The notes beneath the pieces are model-generated. The model did not search any database. It had not been told where the DNA came from and worked only from the letters and a program-made list of their open reading frames with translations. Shown one piece after another: positions 37,899 to 47,353 of a stretch of 49,465 bases of DNA (position 1 is the stretch's first letter; every line of letters begins with the position of its first letter). Made by a program: the position numbers and the translations under genes. Source of the stretch: Saprospirales bacterium (lineage in GTDB: Bacteria; Bacteroidota; Bacteroidia; Chitinophagales; JADJOU01); NCBI GenBank assembly GCA_947441115.1, contig CANESS010000001.1, positions 1 to 49,465 on the forward strand, given 5' to 3'.

Positions 37899-40295
37899 CT
37901 ATTTTTTCTTAGTTGTGTTCTTTGTTGTCTTTGTCGATTTGGCAGTTTTCTTAGCAGTGGCTTTAGCGGTTTTTTTAGGCGCTTTGGCAGAACTAGTTTT
38001 TGACTCACCTTTGATAATATTTAAAATAGTATCTAGACTCAACTGGGCGGCATCCTCTCCTTTCGGAATTCTATAATTTTCTTTACCTTGCTTGATAAAT
38101 GGCCCCCATCTTCCTTGGAGTACTTGTATCTCATCTTCTGGGAAATCCAAAATCAACTTCTTTGCATCGGATTCGCGTTTGTCTAGTATGCGCTGAATCG
38201 CTGATTCAAGGTCAATAGACATCGGGTCATCTTCTTTTTTAAGTGAAGTAAAAATAGTGCCTTGCTGCACATAGGGTCCAAATCGCCCTACATTCACTTT
38301 GAGTTCTTTTCCTTCAAATTCTCCTACAATTCTAGGTAGCTTGAAGAGATCCAATGCCTCATCAAGTGTAATTGTTTCTATGCTTTGATCTTTTCTCAAT
38401 CTGGCATAGCGTGGCTTGTAATCAGGTTTATTCTCATCGGTTACACCTATTTGTATCATGGGTCCAAATCGCCCCATTCTAGCTATCATTGGCTCTTTAG
38501 AATCTGGATGATCGCCAAGGCTGCGCTCGCCTGAGACTCTTTCTGCCGTCTCTAAGGTAATCTCTACTTCTTCATGAAAAGGTTTGTAAAAATTGCCGAG
38601 CATTTTCTGCCATTCTATTTTGCCATTTGAGATTTGGTCAAAGTCCTCTTCCATCGTAGCCGTGAACTTATAGTCAATTACCTTTTCAAAATGTTGCTTA
38701 AGAAAATCTGTCACTAGCATACCTATATCTGTAGGGAAGAGCTTGGCTTTTTCAGCACCAGTAATCATAGATTCGCTTTCTAAGCTCACTTTATTCTTTT
38801 CCAATTTATAAACTTGGAAATCAAGTTTTTTACCGTCTCTATAATCCTTTATAACATATTCTCTATTTTGTATTGTGGAGATAGTAGGAGCGTATGTGGA
38901 TGGTCTACCTATACCCAGTTCTTCTAATTTTTTTACGAGACCAGCTTCATTATATCTAGCAGGATGCTTGGAATACTTTTGAGTAGCGGATAAACTATAC
39001 AATTTCATAGCCTGTCCTTCTTTCATTGGAGGTAAAAATCCACCACCCGTTTCTTCATCATCTTCATCCTTTTCTACCATATAGGCTTTGAGAAATCCAT
39101 CAAATGTAACAACTTCTTGTCTTGCGGTTAGGTCCGTTTCGTTTTTATCATTGCTAATAGTAACTATGGTATTTTCTATTGCGGCATCGCTCATCTGGGA
39201 GGCTATTGCGCGCTTCCAGATAAGGTCATAAAGGCGCACCTCATCATTGTCGCCCGATATATTCATATTGCTAAAGGTAGACGGTCTTATCGCTTCATGC
39301 GCTTCTTGGGCATTGGCTATTTTGCTACTATATTTTCGCAGTTTATGGTAATTTGTACCATAGAAATTCTCCACTGCTTTCTGTGCATCATTGAGGGCTG
39401 TATCACTTAAATTGACAGAGTCGGTTCTCATGTATGTAATATGCCCAGCTTCATAGAGACGCTGCGCTACTTGCATAGTTTTCGCTACAGAGTACCCCAT
39501 TTTTTTAGAGGCTTCCTGCTGCAGGGTAGAAGTGGTAAATGGAGCTACGGGTGATTTTTTCCCAGCCTTTTTCTCTATTTTAGCTATACTGAATTGAGCA
39601 TCGACAAAGCTCTCTACTAGGCTCTTAGCTTCGGCATCACTGCTTAGGTCTTTGGCACTTTCAGCTTTGACCTTCATAGGCTTGCCCTCTATATCTTTTT
39701 CGTCAAAAAGGGCAGCTAATTTATAGTACATTTTAGCCTGAAATTGCTGTATCTCGCGTTCACGTTCTACGATTATACGCACCGCTACAGACTGAACTCT
39801 ACCAGCACTAAGGTTAGGTCTTACCTTTCTCCAGAGTATAGGGGATATTTCAAAACCTACGATTCTATCTAATACTCGTCTGGCTTGCTGTGCATTGACG
39901 AGGTTCATATTAATAGTCCTAGGATTGGCAATGGCTTTTTTAATAGCAGATTCTGTGATTTCTGAATAGGTGACCCGCTTGGTAGTCAAAGGATCTAGGT
40001 TCAATACCTCGCATAAATGCCATGATATGGCTTCTCCTTCGCGGTCTTCATCCGTTGCTAGATAGACCTCGGAGACCTCTTTCTTTAGTTTTTTCAGTTC
40101 GGCTACTACTTTTTCTTTTTCTTTAGATACTTCATAGCTAGGTAGAAATCCATTCTCTATATCTATAGCCTTATTATTTTTGGGTAGATCTCTGATATGA
40201 CCATAGCTCGATGCTACTATAAATTTATCGCCCAAATATTTGGTGATAGTTTTTGCTTTGGCAGGAGACTCTACGATTAATAAATTTTTTGGCAT
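37899..40295 (-). CDS. topA: DNA topoisomerase I (type IA)
   Basis: 798 aa. Toprim N-terminus LLIVESPAKAKTI and acidic DEDREGEAI. The active-site Tyr is probably in GHITYMRTDS. Three zinc-less C-terminal repeats (GRFGPMIQ, GRFGPYVQ, GRWGPFIK) and a Lys/Thr/Ala-rich tail. Confidence 0.95.
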   Translation of the reverse strand: MPKNLLIVESPAKAKTITKYLGDKFIVASSYGHIRDLPKNNKAIDIENGFLPSYEVSKEKEKVVAELKKLKKEVSEVYLATDEDREGEAISWHLCEVLNLDPLTTKRVTYSEITESAIKKAIANPRTINMNLVNAQQARRVLDRIVGFEISPILWRKVRPNLSAGRVQSVAVRIIVEREREIQQFQAKMYYKLAALFDEKDIEGKPMKVKAESAKDLSSDAEAKSLVESFVDAQFSIAKIEKKAGKKSPVAPFTTSTLQQEASKKMGYSVAKTMQVAQRLYEAGHITYMRTDSVNLSDTALNDAQKAVENFYGTNYHKLRKYSSKIANAQEAHEAIRPSTFSNMNISGDNDEVRLYDLIWKRAIASQMSDAAIENTIVTISNDKNETDLTARQEVVTFDGFLKAYMVEKDEDDEETGGGFLPPMKEGQAMKLYSLSATQKYSKHPARYNEAGLVKKLEELGIGRPSTYAPTISTIQNREYVIKDYRDGKKLDFQVYKLEKNKVSLESESMITGAEKAKLFPTDIGMLVTDFLKQHFEKVIDYKFTATMEEDFDQISNGKIEWQKMLGNFYKPFHEEVEITLETAERVSGERSLGDHPDSKEPMIARMGRFGPMIQIGVTDENKPDYKPRYARLRKDQSIETITLDEALDLFKLPRIVGEFEGKELKVNVGRFGPYVQQGTIFTSLKKEDDPMSIDLESAIQRILDKRESDAKKLILDFPEDEIQVLQGRWGPFIKQGKENYRIPKGEDAAQLSLDTILNIIKGESKTSSAKAPKKTAKATAKKTAKSTKTTKNTTKKK

Positions 40296-40373
40296 TTCCT
40301 CGTCGTTTAAAAAGCGATATTAAAAACGCAAAACTATAAATAAAAGAAATGTAACTTTGATATTTTTTAAGAA

Positions 40374-41240
40374 ATGGAAAGTTTAGAGCGGATAAAAATG
40401 TCTTTAGCCTATGATGCCAATCGGCTGATAAGGCTTGATTTAAAGGCTTTTGGAATAGAGATGTCCCAGGTTTATTTTTATTTAGATTACCTAAATCATC
40501 CATTCTTTAGCGGAAATAAAATAAGAAAACTCTACGGTTCTTTGAAAATTTTAGTGAGCCATGACTATGATTATCTGCTCACAATAGGGGGAAATTATTC
40601 TAATTATCTCTATGCCTGTTCATTTATTCCAGAATTATTTCAAAAGAAATTAGTGGTCATAGTGAAGGGACATGAGCCAAAAAAATATGGGTACACGCTT
40701 AGACATCTAAAAGATAAAGGGGCGCATTTGCACTTTTATGCAAGAGATGAGATAAAAAATAATCTTGATGAAATATTGACTTCACTAGAGAACTTGTATC
40801 CCAGGGCTATGTATCTTCCAGAGGGTGGGACTAATGAATGGGCCAATGAAGGATTTGAAGACTTAATTACGCCTGAGTTTGAAAATTTTGATTGTGTATG
40901 CGTTCCTGTAGGCACCTTAGGCACTTATAGGGGAATTGTTCATTATCTTTCAGATAGCAGAAAATTGAGAGGTTATGCCGCTCACTTAGACTATTCCATG
41001 CAGAATCATGGTAATATTACATATGACTATAGTTTCGGGGGATTTGCTAAAATGACCGAGGAGCTTATGTCCTTTGTCAAGGCATTTGAACACAACTATA
41101 AAATTCTATTAGATCCTATATACACCTCAAAAATGATGTATGGTGTTATTCAAGACCTTAAAAAGGGGGTTCTGCATCCTTCCCAGAAAATCATAGCTAT
41201 CCATACGGGTGGACTGCAAGGATGGAATGGATTTAAGTAA
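40374..41240 (+). CDS. PLP-dependent ACC deaminase / D-cysteine desulfhydrase family protein
   Basis: 288 aa. FSGNKIRKL carries the family PLP-lysine context. A C-terminal IHTGGLQG motif is present. The start could also be the Met at 40395. Confidence 0.65.
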   Translation: MESLERIKMSLAYDANRLIRLDLKAFGIEMSQVYFYLDYLNHPFFSGNKIRKLYGSLKILVSHDYDYLLTIGGNYSNYLYACSFIPELFQKKLVVIVKGHEPKKYGYTLRHLKDKGAHLHFYARDEIKNNLDEILTSLENLYPRAMYLPEGGTNEWANEGFEDLITPEFENFDCVCVPVGTLGTYRGIVHYLSDSRKLRGYAAHLDYSMQNHGNITYDYSFGGFAKMTEELMSFVKAFEHNYKILLDPIYTSKMMYGVIQDLKKGVLHPSQKIIAIHTGGLQGWNGFK

Positions 41241-41306
41241 AATTGAAATTATATCTAATTGATAAATTAGAGCACATTCTGCCTTCTTGATTTCAAATTT
41301 TCTTCG

Positions 41307-41314
41307 TATATTTG
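41307..41314 (+). promoter_or_regulatory. Candidate -7 promoter box (TATATTTG)
   Basis: Exact TAnnTTTG match 17 nt upstream of the ATG at 41331. Confidence 0.3.
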
Positions 41315-41330
41315 TCATAATAACATTTGT

Positions 41331-42407
41331 ATGAAAATTTTACAATACTTGGGCATTTTTTTTCTAGTGAGTCTGCTAGTGTGCTGTAAGTCTGAAACTC
41401 CAGATGCCCCATATGTACTAAATAAACCTAAACATTTTCCACCGCCTTCTATACCTGCAGATAATGCTTTGACGGCAGCTAAGATCAGATTGGGCAGAAT
41501 GCTTTTCTACGAAAAGAGGATTTCGGAAGATCAAAAAATAGCTTGTGCCAATTGTCACAAACAAGAATTTGCCTTTGGGAGTGATCAGGCTCTAGATAAA
41601 AAAGTCCACGGAGATATGACTGCGCGAAACAGTTCTGTCTTATTTAATATGGCCTTCACTAAGAATTTTTTCTGGGATGGTCGAACTACCACACTTGAGG
41701 CTACATGTCTAGATGCTCTTAAAGGGGAGCAAAGATTCGATATAGCCCAAGTGAAGACCAAGCTCATGGTAGAATCTCAGTATAGGGATGCTTTCAATGC
41801 AGCCTTCGGTAATGGCGAACCTACAGAAGATATGGTTGTCAAGGCTTTAGCAAGTTTTATTCGTACCATGGTTTCAGGAACATCTAAAGTAGATAAAGGT
41901 ACTGCGGAGGGCAATCCGAATAAGTATCTAACTCCATTGGAAATAGAGGGCAGAACTATTTTTGAAACGGAAGAAGGCGACTGCTTTCACTGTCATGGTG
42001 ACCCAATAGGTCAGCCAATGATGACCGATAATTTATTTCACAATAACGGATTAGATCCTGTTTTAAATGTGAGTCTTTTTAAAGATCCTGGATTAGGGTC
42101 TGTGACAGGAGTCACTGGTCCTGATGCTGGAAAGTTTAAGACCGGACCACTTAGAAATTTGTCTTATTCTAAGCCATTTATGCACGATGGCAGGCTAGCG
42201 AACTTAGATGCAGTTTTAGCTCATTACAATACGGGTCTATCTACTGACCCAAATCGTAATAAGTTTTTTGATGTCAATATGAAAAAAGCTAACCAAGGCG
42301 GTATTAATTTATTGCCGGATAGAATCAATCGGCTCAAGGCTTATCTATTAGCTTTCGATGACCCGAGTTTTATCAGTGATACTAGTTTTAGCTCGCCATT
42401 TAAGTAG
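41331..42407 (+). CDS. Di-haem cytochrome c peroxidase (CCP/MauG family), lipoprotein
   Basis: 358 aa. Signal peptide/lipobox (LLVCCKS). Two CxxCH haem motifs (CANCHK, CFHCHG) and PLRNLSYSKPFMHDG. Confidence 0.85.
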   Translation: MKILQYLGIFFLVSLLVCCKSETPDAPYVLNKPKHFPPPSIPADNALTAAKIRLGRMLFYEKRISEDQKIACANCHKQEFAFGSDQALDKKVHGDMTARNSSVLFNMAFTKNFFWDGRTTTLEATCLDALKGEQRFDIAQVKTKLMVESQYRDAFNAAFGNGEPTEDMVVKALASFIRTMVSGTSKVDKGTAEGNPNKYLTPLEIEGRTIFETEEGDCFHCHGDPIGQPMMTDNLFHNNGLDPVLNVSLFKDPGLGSVTGVTGPDAGKFKTGPLRNLSYSKPFMHDGRLANLDAVLAHYNTGLSTDPNRNKFFDVNMKKANQGGINLLPDRINRLKAYLLAFDDPSFISDTSFSSPFK

Positions 42408-42412
42408 TCAAG

Positions 42413-42985
42413 GTGAGAGTACTACTAATAGATTGTGAGGACTCTTATACGCTCAATATATATGATTACCTTAAGCAGTGTGATGTAGACGTTGATATCG
42501 TTCTGCATCAAAATGTAGTCGTGGACGAGATCAGAAACTATGCTGCCCTAGTTTTATCTCCAGGACCTAAATCACCTAATGAAATTCCAATTCTTACAGA
42601 AGTGATTATGCAATATAGGTGGCAGCTTCCAATTCTTGGTATTTGTCTAGGACATCAGGCGATAGGCATGTATTTTGGGCACAAACTAATCAAGTCTAAA
42701 CTCCCGATGCACGGCATTTCAGTAAAAATAACTTTGGCAGAAAATCCTATTTTTCATAATATTGACACAGGAAATTTTATAGCCATGCGATATAATAGTC
42801 TAGCCATAGCAGAAAATGAGGGTTCGGAACTCGAAGTCATAGGTCGTGATGAGTTCGGAGAAATTATGGCCTTTCAGCATAGGACCCTTCCTATCTATAG
42901 CTTTCAATTTCACCCAGAGTCTATTGGCACACCTGAAGGATTGAACTTATTTCAAAATTGGATAAAACTTATTACTAAATATTAA
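42413..42985 (+). CDS. pabA: Aminodeoxychorismate/anthranilate synthase component II (class I glutamine amidotransferase)
   Basis: 190 aa with a GTG start. Nucleophile elbow GICLGHQAIG and the FQFHPES His/Glu pair. No partner component I gene is adjacent. Confidence 0.8.
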   Translation: MRVLLIDCEDSYTLNIYDYLKQCDVDVDIVLHQNVVVDEIRNYAALVLSPGPKSPNEIPILTEVIMQYRWQLPILGICLGHQAIGMYFGHKLIKSKLPMHGISVKITLAENPIFHNIDTGNFIAMRYNSLAIAENEGSELEVIGRDEFGEIMAFQHRTLPIYSFQFHPESIGTPEGLNLFQNWIKLITKY

Positions 42986-43003
42986 TCACTTAATAAATTT
43001 TAT

Positions 43004-44398
43004 ATGTCTCTAATAGCATCTATATCTGGCATCCGAGGCACCATAGGCGGTATACTCGGAGAAGGATTGTCTCCTATTGATATTCAGCGCTATGCGCTTG
43101 CTTATGGTCAGCTAGTTAAGACCAAACATGCACGACCTAAAATAGTGATCGGCCGCGATGCCCGCATCTCTGGTGAAATGGTCTATAATATTGTCTCAGG
43201 CTCCTTAATAGGTATGGGGATAGATATTGTTAATCTCGGTCTTTCTACTACACCCACCGTAGAGAAAGCAGTCAAAAAGCTAGGCGCGCAAGGCGGTATT
43301 ATATTGACTGCTAGCCATAACCCTAAACAATGGAATGCACTTAAACTCCTAAACGAAGTAGGCGAATTTATTTCAGCGGAAGAAGGTCAAAAAGTTATCG
43401 ATGGAGCTCGCGAATTAGATAATTTGATTTTCGCAGAGGTAGATGAACTAGGAAAAATTAGCGAAGATCATAGCCTTTTAGATTGGCATATATCAGAGAT
43501 AGTACAAATGAAATGGACGGATAGATCGAGTATATGGTCTAAAAAATTAAAAGTAGTAGTAGACGGTATCAATAGCAGTGGTAGCATAGCAGTTCCAAAA
43601 TTATTAAAAGCACTAGGTATAGAAGATATAATTCTACTGAACGGAGATACTTCTGGCAACTTTGCGCACAATCCTGAGCCGTTAGCACCTCATTTACAGC
43701 AAATATGCCAGTCTGTCGTGGCTGAAAAGGCAGACCTTGGTATAGTAGTAGATCCGGATGTAGATAGACTCTGTTTTGTGAATGAAGATGGTAGTCTTTT
43801 TGGGGAAGAATATACTCTTGTAGCAGTGGCGGATTATATCCTATCTATTGAAAAAGGGTCTACGGTCTCCAATCTATCGTCCACTCGAGCTTTAAGGGAA
43901 GTAACTATCAAGCATGGCGGGGAATATTATGCCTCTGCTGTAGGGGAAGTAAATGTGGTCACCAAGATGAAAGAAGTTAATGCTATCATCGGTGGGGAAG
44001 GGAATGGCGGTGTCATTTTTCCAGATTCACATTACGGACGAGACGCACTCATGGGTATAGCGCTTTTTCTGAGCTATTATGCTCAGAAGGGTCAAAAGAT
44101 GTCAGCACTCAAGGCTGCTTTGCCACAGTTTGAAATGGCTAAAAGTAAGATAGAGCTAGAAGAAGGAATGAATGTAGACGCTTTGTTACATCAGATGTAT
44201 ATTAAATACAAAAATGTTGAGCAATGCAATATTATAGATGGTCTTAAAATTGACTTTGCCGATAGCTGGGTTCATCTTCGTAAATCCAATACCGAACCTA
44301 TCATCCGTATCTACTCCGAGGCCAATATTTCTGCTCAAGCAGAATCTTTGGCTGCACGATTTGTTCAAGAACTAAGAATCGAAGCCCAAGGCAATTGA
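43004..44398 (+). CDS. glmM: Phosphoglucosamine mutase
   Basis: 464 aa. Active-site TASHNP, metal loop DPDVDR, GGEGNGG sugar-binding loop, and RKSNTEP at the C-terminus. The phosphohexomutase family call is secure; the GlmM assignment is likely. Confidence 0.85.
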   Translation: MSLIASISGIRGTIGGILGEGLSPIDIQRYALAYGQLVKTKHARPKIVIGRDARISGEMVYNIVSGSLIGMGIDIVNLGLSTTPTVEKAVKKLGAQGGIILTASHNPKQWNALKLLNEVGEFISAEEGQKVIDGARELDNLIFAEVDELGKISEDHSLLDWHISEIVQMKWTDRSSIWSKKLKVVVDGINSSGSIAVPKLLKALGIEDIILLNGDTSGNFAHNPEPLAPHLQQICQSVVAEKADLGIVVDPDVDRLCFVNEDGSLFGEEYTLVAVADYILSIEKGSTVSNLSSTRALREVTIKHGGEYYASAVGEVNVVTKMKEVNAIIGGEGNGGVIFPDSHYGRDALMGIALFLSYYAQKGQKMSALKAALPQFEMAKSKIELEEGMNVDALLHQMYIKYKNVEQCNIIDGLKIDFADSWVHLRKSNTEPIIRIYSEANISAQAESLAARFVQELRIEAQGN

Positions 44399-44521
44399 AA
44401 ACACGAATTGAGGAGTATAATGAATCAAGTTTTACCGTATTGAATAAAACGAAAATTATTCGCTGTATTATGAATGATAATTAATATATACACAAATATC
44501 AACTTTTCACATCATACTAAT

Positions 44522-45088
44522 ATGCTTGAAACGATTCAGAATTCAGATATCATCCTACTTAGGTTTATCCATTTGGATTTGTCGAATCCGTTATTAGATA
44601 GTTTATGTCCTATTCTAAGAACTAAGACAACTTGGATCCCTCTTTATGTATGCTTAGTCTATTATTTTTGGAAATATTTTCCAAGAGATTACATTAAGAT
44701 TATATTGATATCTATCATCTTAGTTTCACTGGCAGACATAGTTTGTGCTCAGCTATTGAAACCATGGATACATCGCATAAGGCCTTGTCAGTCAAAAGAA
44801 TTGGCTTATTGGTTTCGGATATTTCCCTATTGTAGTCATACGTTTAGTTTCCCATCATGCCATGCCGTGAATCATGCTGCGCTGGCATTTTTTATTGGCC
44901 AATTTTTCAACAAATGGCAGCGAGTGATATTGGTGTTTTGGGTCTTACTCATTGGCTTTAGTCAGATATATATAGGAGTGCATTATCCCAGTGATATCCT
45001 TGGAGGTATAGTTTTAGGCTGGGTATTGGCTATGTGTGCCACCATAATTTGCAATCGTTGGATTACAGCCAATTCAAGAGGCGTCTAA
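44522..45088 (+). CDS. PAP2-family membrane phosphatase
   Basis: Acid-phosphatase motifs KPWIHRIRP (KxxxxxxRP), PSCH (PSGH-like) and SQIYIGVHYPSD (SRxxxxxHxxxD). The start was chosen at the ATG at 44522 rather than the track start at 44474. Confidence 0.8.
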   Translation: MLETIQNSDIILLRFIHLDLSNPLLDSLCPILRTKTTWIPLYVCLVYYFWKYFPRDYIKIILISIILVSLADIVCAQLLKPWIHRIRPCQSKELAYWFRIFPYCSHTFSFPSCHAVNHAALAFFIGQFFNKWQRVILVFWVLLIGFSQIYIGVHYPSDILGGIVLGWVLAMCATIICNRWITANSRGV

Positions 45089-47346
45089 TAATCTTTTTTC
45101 CCACTTGGTAGAATAGAGTCGAGATCTACATCTTGGCGATTAGAACCGTAGCTATCTATTGGTGCGATATCATCTTGATAGCTACAATTAAATTTTTGAA
45201 TAGTAGCGCTGTCTGTTTCATTGAAAAAGGAACCAGATTTATATTTCGGCAAGGTAGTTGCTTTCTTATAAAATTTAGCCCAGATAGGCAGCGCAGAGTT
45301 AGCTCCTTGACCTAGCCGTGTGGTTGCAAAAGTAATAGAAGGCTCATCTGCACCTACCCATACAGCAGTGAGAAGATTGGATGTACTACCTATAAACCAT
45401 CCATCAGAATTTGATTGAGTAGTTCCAGTTTTACAGGCTATTTCTTCTTTAAATCCATATTGACTTCGCAGGCGAGTAGCAGTACCTTTCTCCTTTGATA
45501 CTTGCTGAAGCATTAGGTTCATTAGTTTTGCGCTTTCAGCCGTTATAGCTTCCTTGGATTGCGGCTTATTTTCAAATATGACATTACCATTTTTATCTTC
45601 TATACGATCTATGTAGTATGGCTGACTATAGATTCCCTCATTCATATAGGGTGAGTAGGCTCCTAGCATTTCTATAACGGATACATCCGCTGTGCCAAGA
45701 CATATAGCGGGCACTTCTTCAAATTCACTTTCTATCCCGAGTTCTCTGGCCTTATCTATAAGAAGAGATGGCCCGAATTGTTTGATCAATAAGGCAGCAA
45801 TTCTATTGTCTGAGACTTGGAGCCCCGCTTTAAGAGAAACTTCCTCCCCATCTTGGAAGTTTTTTGATCCTTTAGGATCCCAACTTTCATGACCTTCGAT
45901 GAGTGGTTTTTCATAGAGAAGTTTACTACAAGGGCTCATTCCATTTTCTAATGCTACATTATACAAAAATGGTTTGAAGGTAGATCCCACCTGTCTTTTT
46001 GTAGATTTTCGGACATGGTCGTATTTGAAAAAATTAAAATCAACACCACCTACCCACGCTCTTATCTTACCTGTTTGTGGCTCCATAGCACATAGTCCTG
46101 TTTGTAATATTTTTTTGATGTATTTGATAGAGTCTATGACACTCATCATCGTATCTACTGAGCCACGATAGGTAAAAATTTGCATGGCATGCTTCTCTTT
46201 AGCTAGGATAGTGAAAATTTCCTCTTCAGATTTTCCAGCATCACTAAGTGTTTTATAATGTTCAGTTTCTCGAACTATATTTTTGACTAAATCAGGATTA
46301 GCTTTAGCCCCATATTTATAAGGATCTTTAGCTCCCCATTCACGGAGAAATTCTTTTTGAAGCCATGGCATATGCTCAGCTACTGCTATTTCAGCATAGT
46401 TTTGAAGTTTAGAATTTATCGTGGTATGAATACGTAATCCGTCTGTGTATATATTGTATGATTCTCCGTTTTCTTTGGTATAATTCCTAAGTATTTCTTC
46501 TAGTTCTATTCTAATCTGCTCTCTAAGGTATGGAGCCAAACCTGTGCTTGGAGAGGTCAGTTTATAATCAAGTTTGATTGGGAGTTTTTTGGCACTATTT
46601 GCTGTAGTTTCATTTATAAATCCAGCTTTTCTCATTTGTTCGATGACTATATTTCTCCTTTTTAGTGCATTCTTTGGCTTTGATTTAGGATTATAAAGTG
46701 AAGGTCCTTTGAGCATGCCAACTAAAATGGCAGATTCATCAAGAGTAAGCTTTATAGGTTCTTTATTGAAATAGGTTTTAGAGGCCTCTCTAAGACCATA
46801 AGAATTATGCAGGAAAGGAACTGTATTAAAGTAAAGGGCGAGAATTTCTTGTTTGGAAAAATTTCGCTCTAGTTCTATAGCTATATACCACTCTTTTATT
46901 TTTTGTATCAGCCGCTTGAATTTATTATTTCTACCTTCAGAATGAAATAGATTTTTAGCCAATTGTTGGGTAATGGTACTAGCACCAGATGGCTTTCTGA
47001 GTATGAAGGTTCTGAAGGTGGCAGAGATAACTCCAAAGACATCAATGCCAGAATGATCATAAAATCGCTCATCTTCTGTGGCTATGAGAGCCTGTATCGT
47101 GCTAGCTGAAATTTGCTTATAATTAAGTTCTGTTCTATTTTCATAGTAGAGCTTACCCATTACTTCGACATCTTCACTATAGATTACAGAAGATACCTGG
47201 CTTTCGGGATTCTTAATATACTCTATGGAAGGCAATTCTCCTAGCCAACCTTGAGCAACAGAAAATAGTAGCAGAGAAAATAGTAGTATAAAGCCAATTA
47301 ATACCTTGAAAAATAATCTAAAATAGTACTTAAAGCTATTTTCCAT
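45085..47346 (-). CDS. Class A penicillin-binding protein (bifunctional transglycosylase/transpeptidase, PBP1A-like)
   Basis: 753 aa. N-terminal TM anchor. GT51 motifs EDERFYDHSGID and GASTITQQLAKN. Transpeptidase motifs STFKP (SxxK), SDN (SxN) and KTGTT. Confidence 0.92.
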   Translation of the reverse strand: MENSFKYYFRLFFKVLIGFILLFSLLLFSVAQGWLGELPSIEYIKNPESQVSSVIYSEDVEVMGKLYYENRTELNYKQISASTIQALIATEDERFYDHSGIDVFGVISATFRTFILRKPSGASTITQQLAKNLFHSEGRNNKFKRLIQKIKEWYIAIELERNFSKQEILALYFNTVPFLHNSYGLREASKTYFNKEPIKLTLDESAILVGMLKGPSLYNPKSKPKNALKRRNIVIEQMRKAGFINETTANSAKKLPIKLDYKLTSPSTGLAPYLREQIRIELEEILRNYTKENGESYNIYTDGLRIHTTINSKLQNYAEIAVAEHMPWLQKEFLREWGAKDPYKYGAKANPDLVKNIVRETEHYKTLSDAGKSEEEIFTILAKEKHAMQIFTYRGSVDTMMSVIDSIKYIKKILQTGLCAMEPQTGKIRAWVGGVDFNFFKYDHVRKSTKRQVGSTFKPFLYNVALENGMSPCSKLLYEKPLIEGHESWDPKGSKNFQDGEEVSLKAGLQVSDNRIAALLIKQFGPSLLIDKARELGIESEFEEVPAICLGTADVSVIEMLGAYSPYMNEGIYSQPYYIDRIEDKNGNVIFENKPQSKEAITAESAKLMNLMLQQVSKEKGTATRLRSQYGFKEEIACKTGTTQSNSDGWFIGSTSNLLTAVWVGADEPSITFATTRLGQGANSALPIWAKFYKKATTLPKYKSGSFFNETDSATIQKFNCSYQDDIAPIDSYGSNRQDVDLDSILPSGKKDY

Positions 47347-47353
47347 TTTTGGA

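Noticed and set aside
40225-40503. A 92-aa minus-strand ORF spanning the topA start and the neighbouring gene start.
   Set aside because: It overlaps the 5' ends of two well-supported divergent genes and their intergenic region. It has no motifs and is probably spurious.
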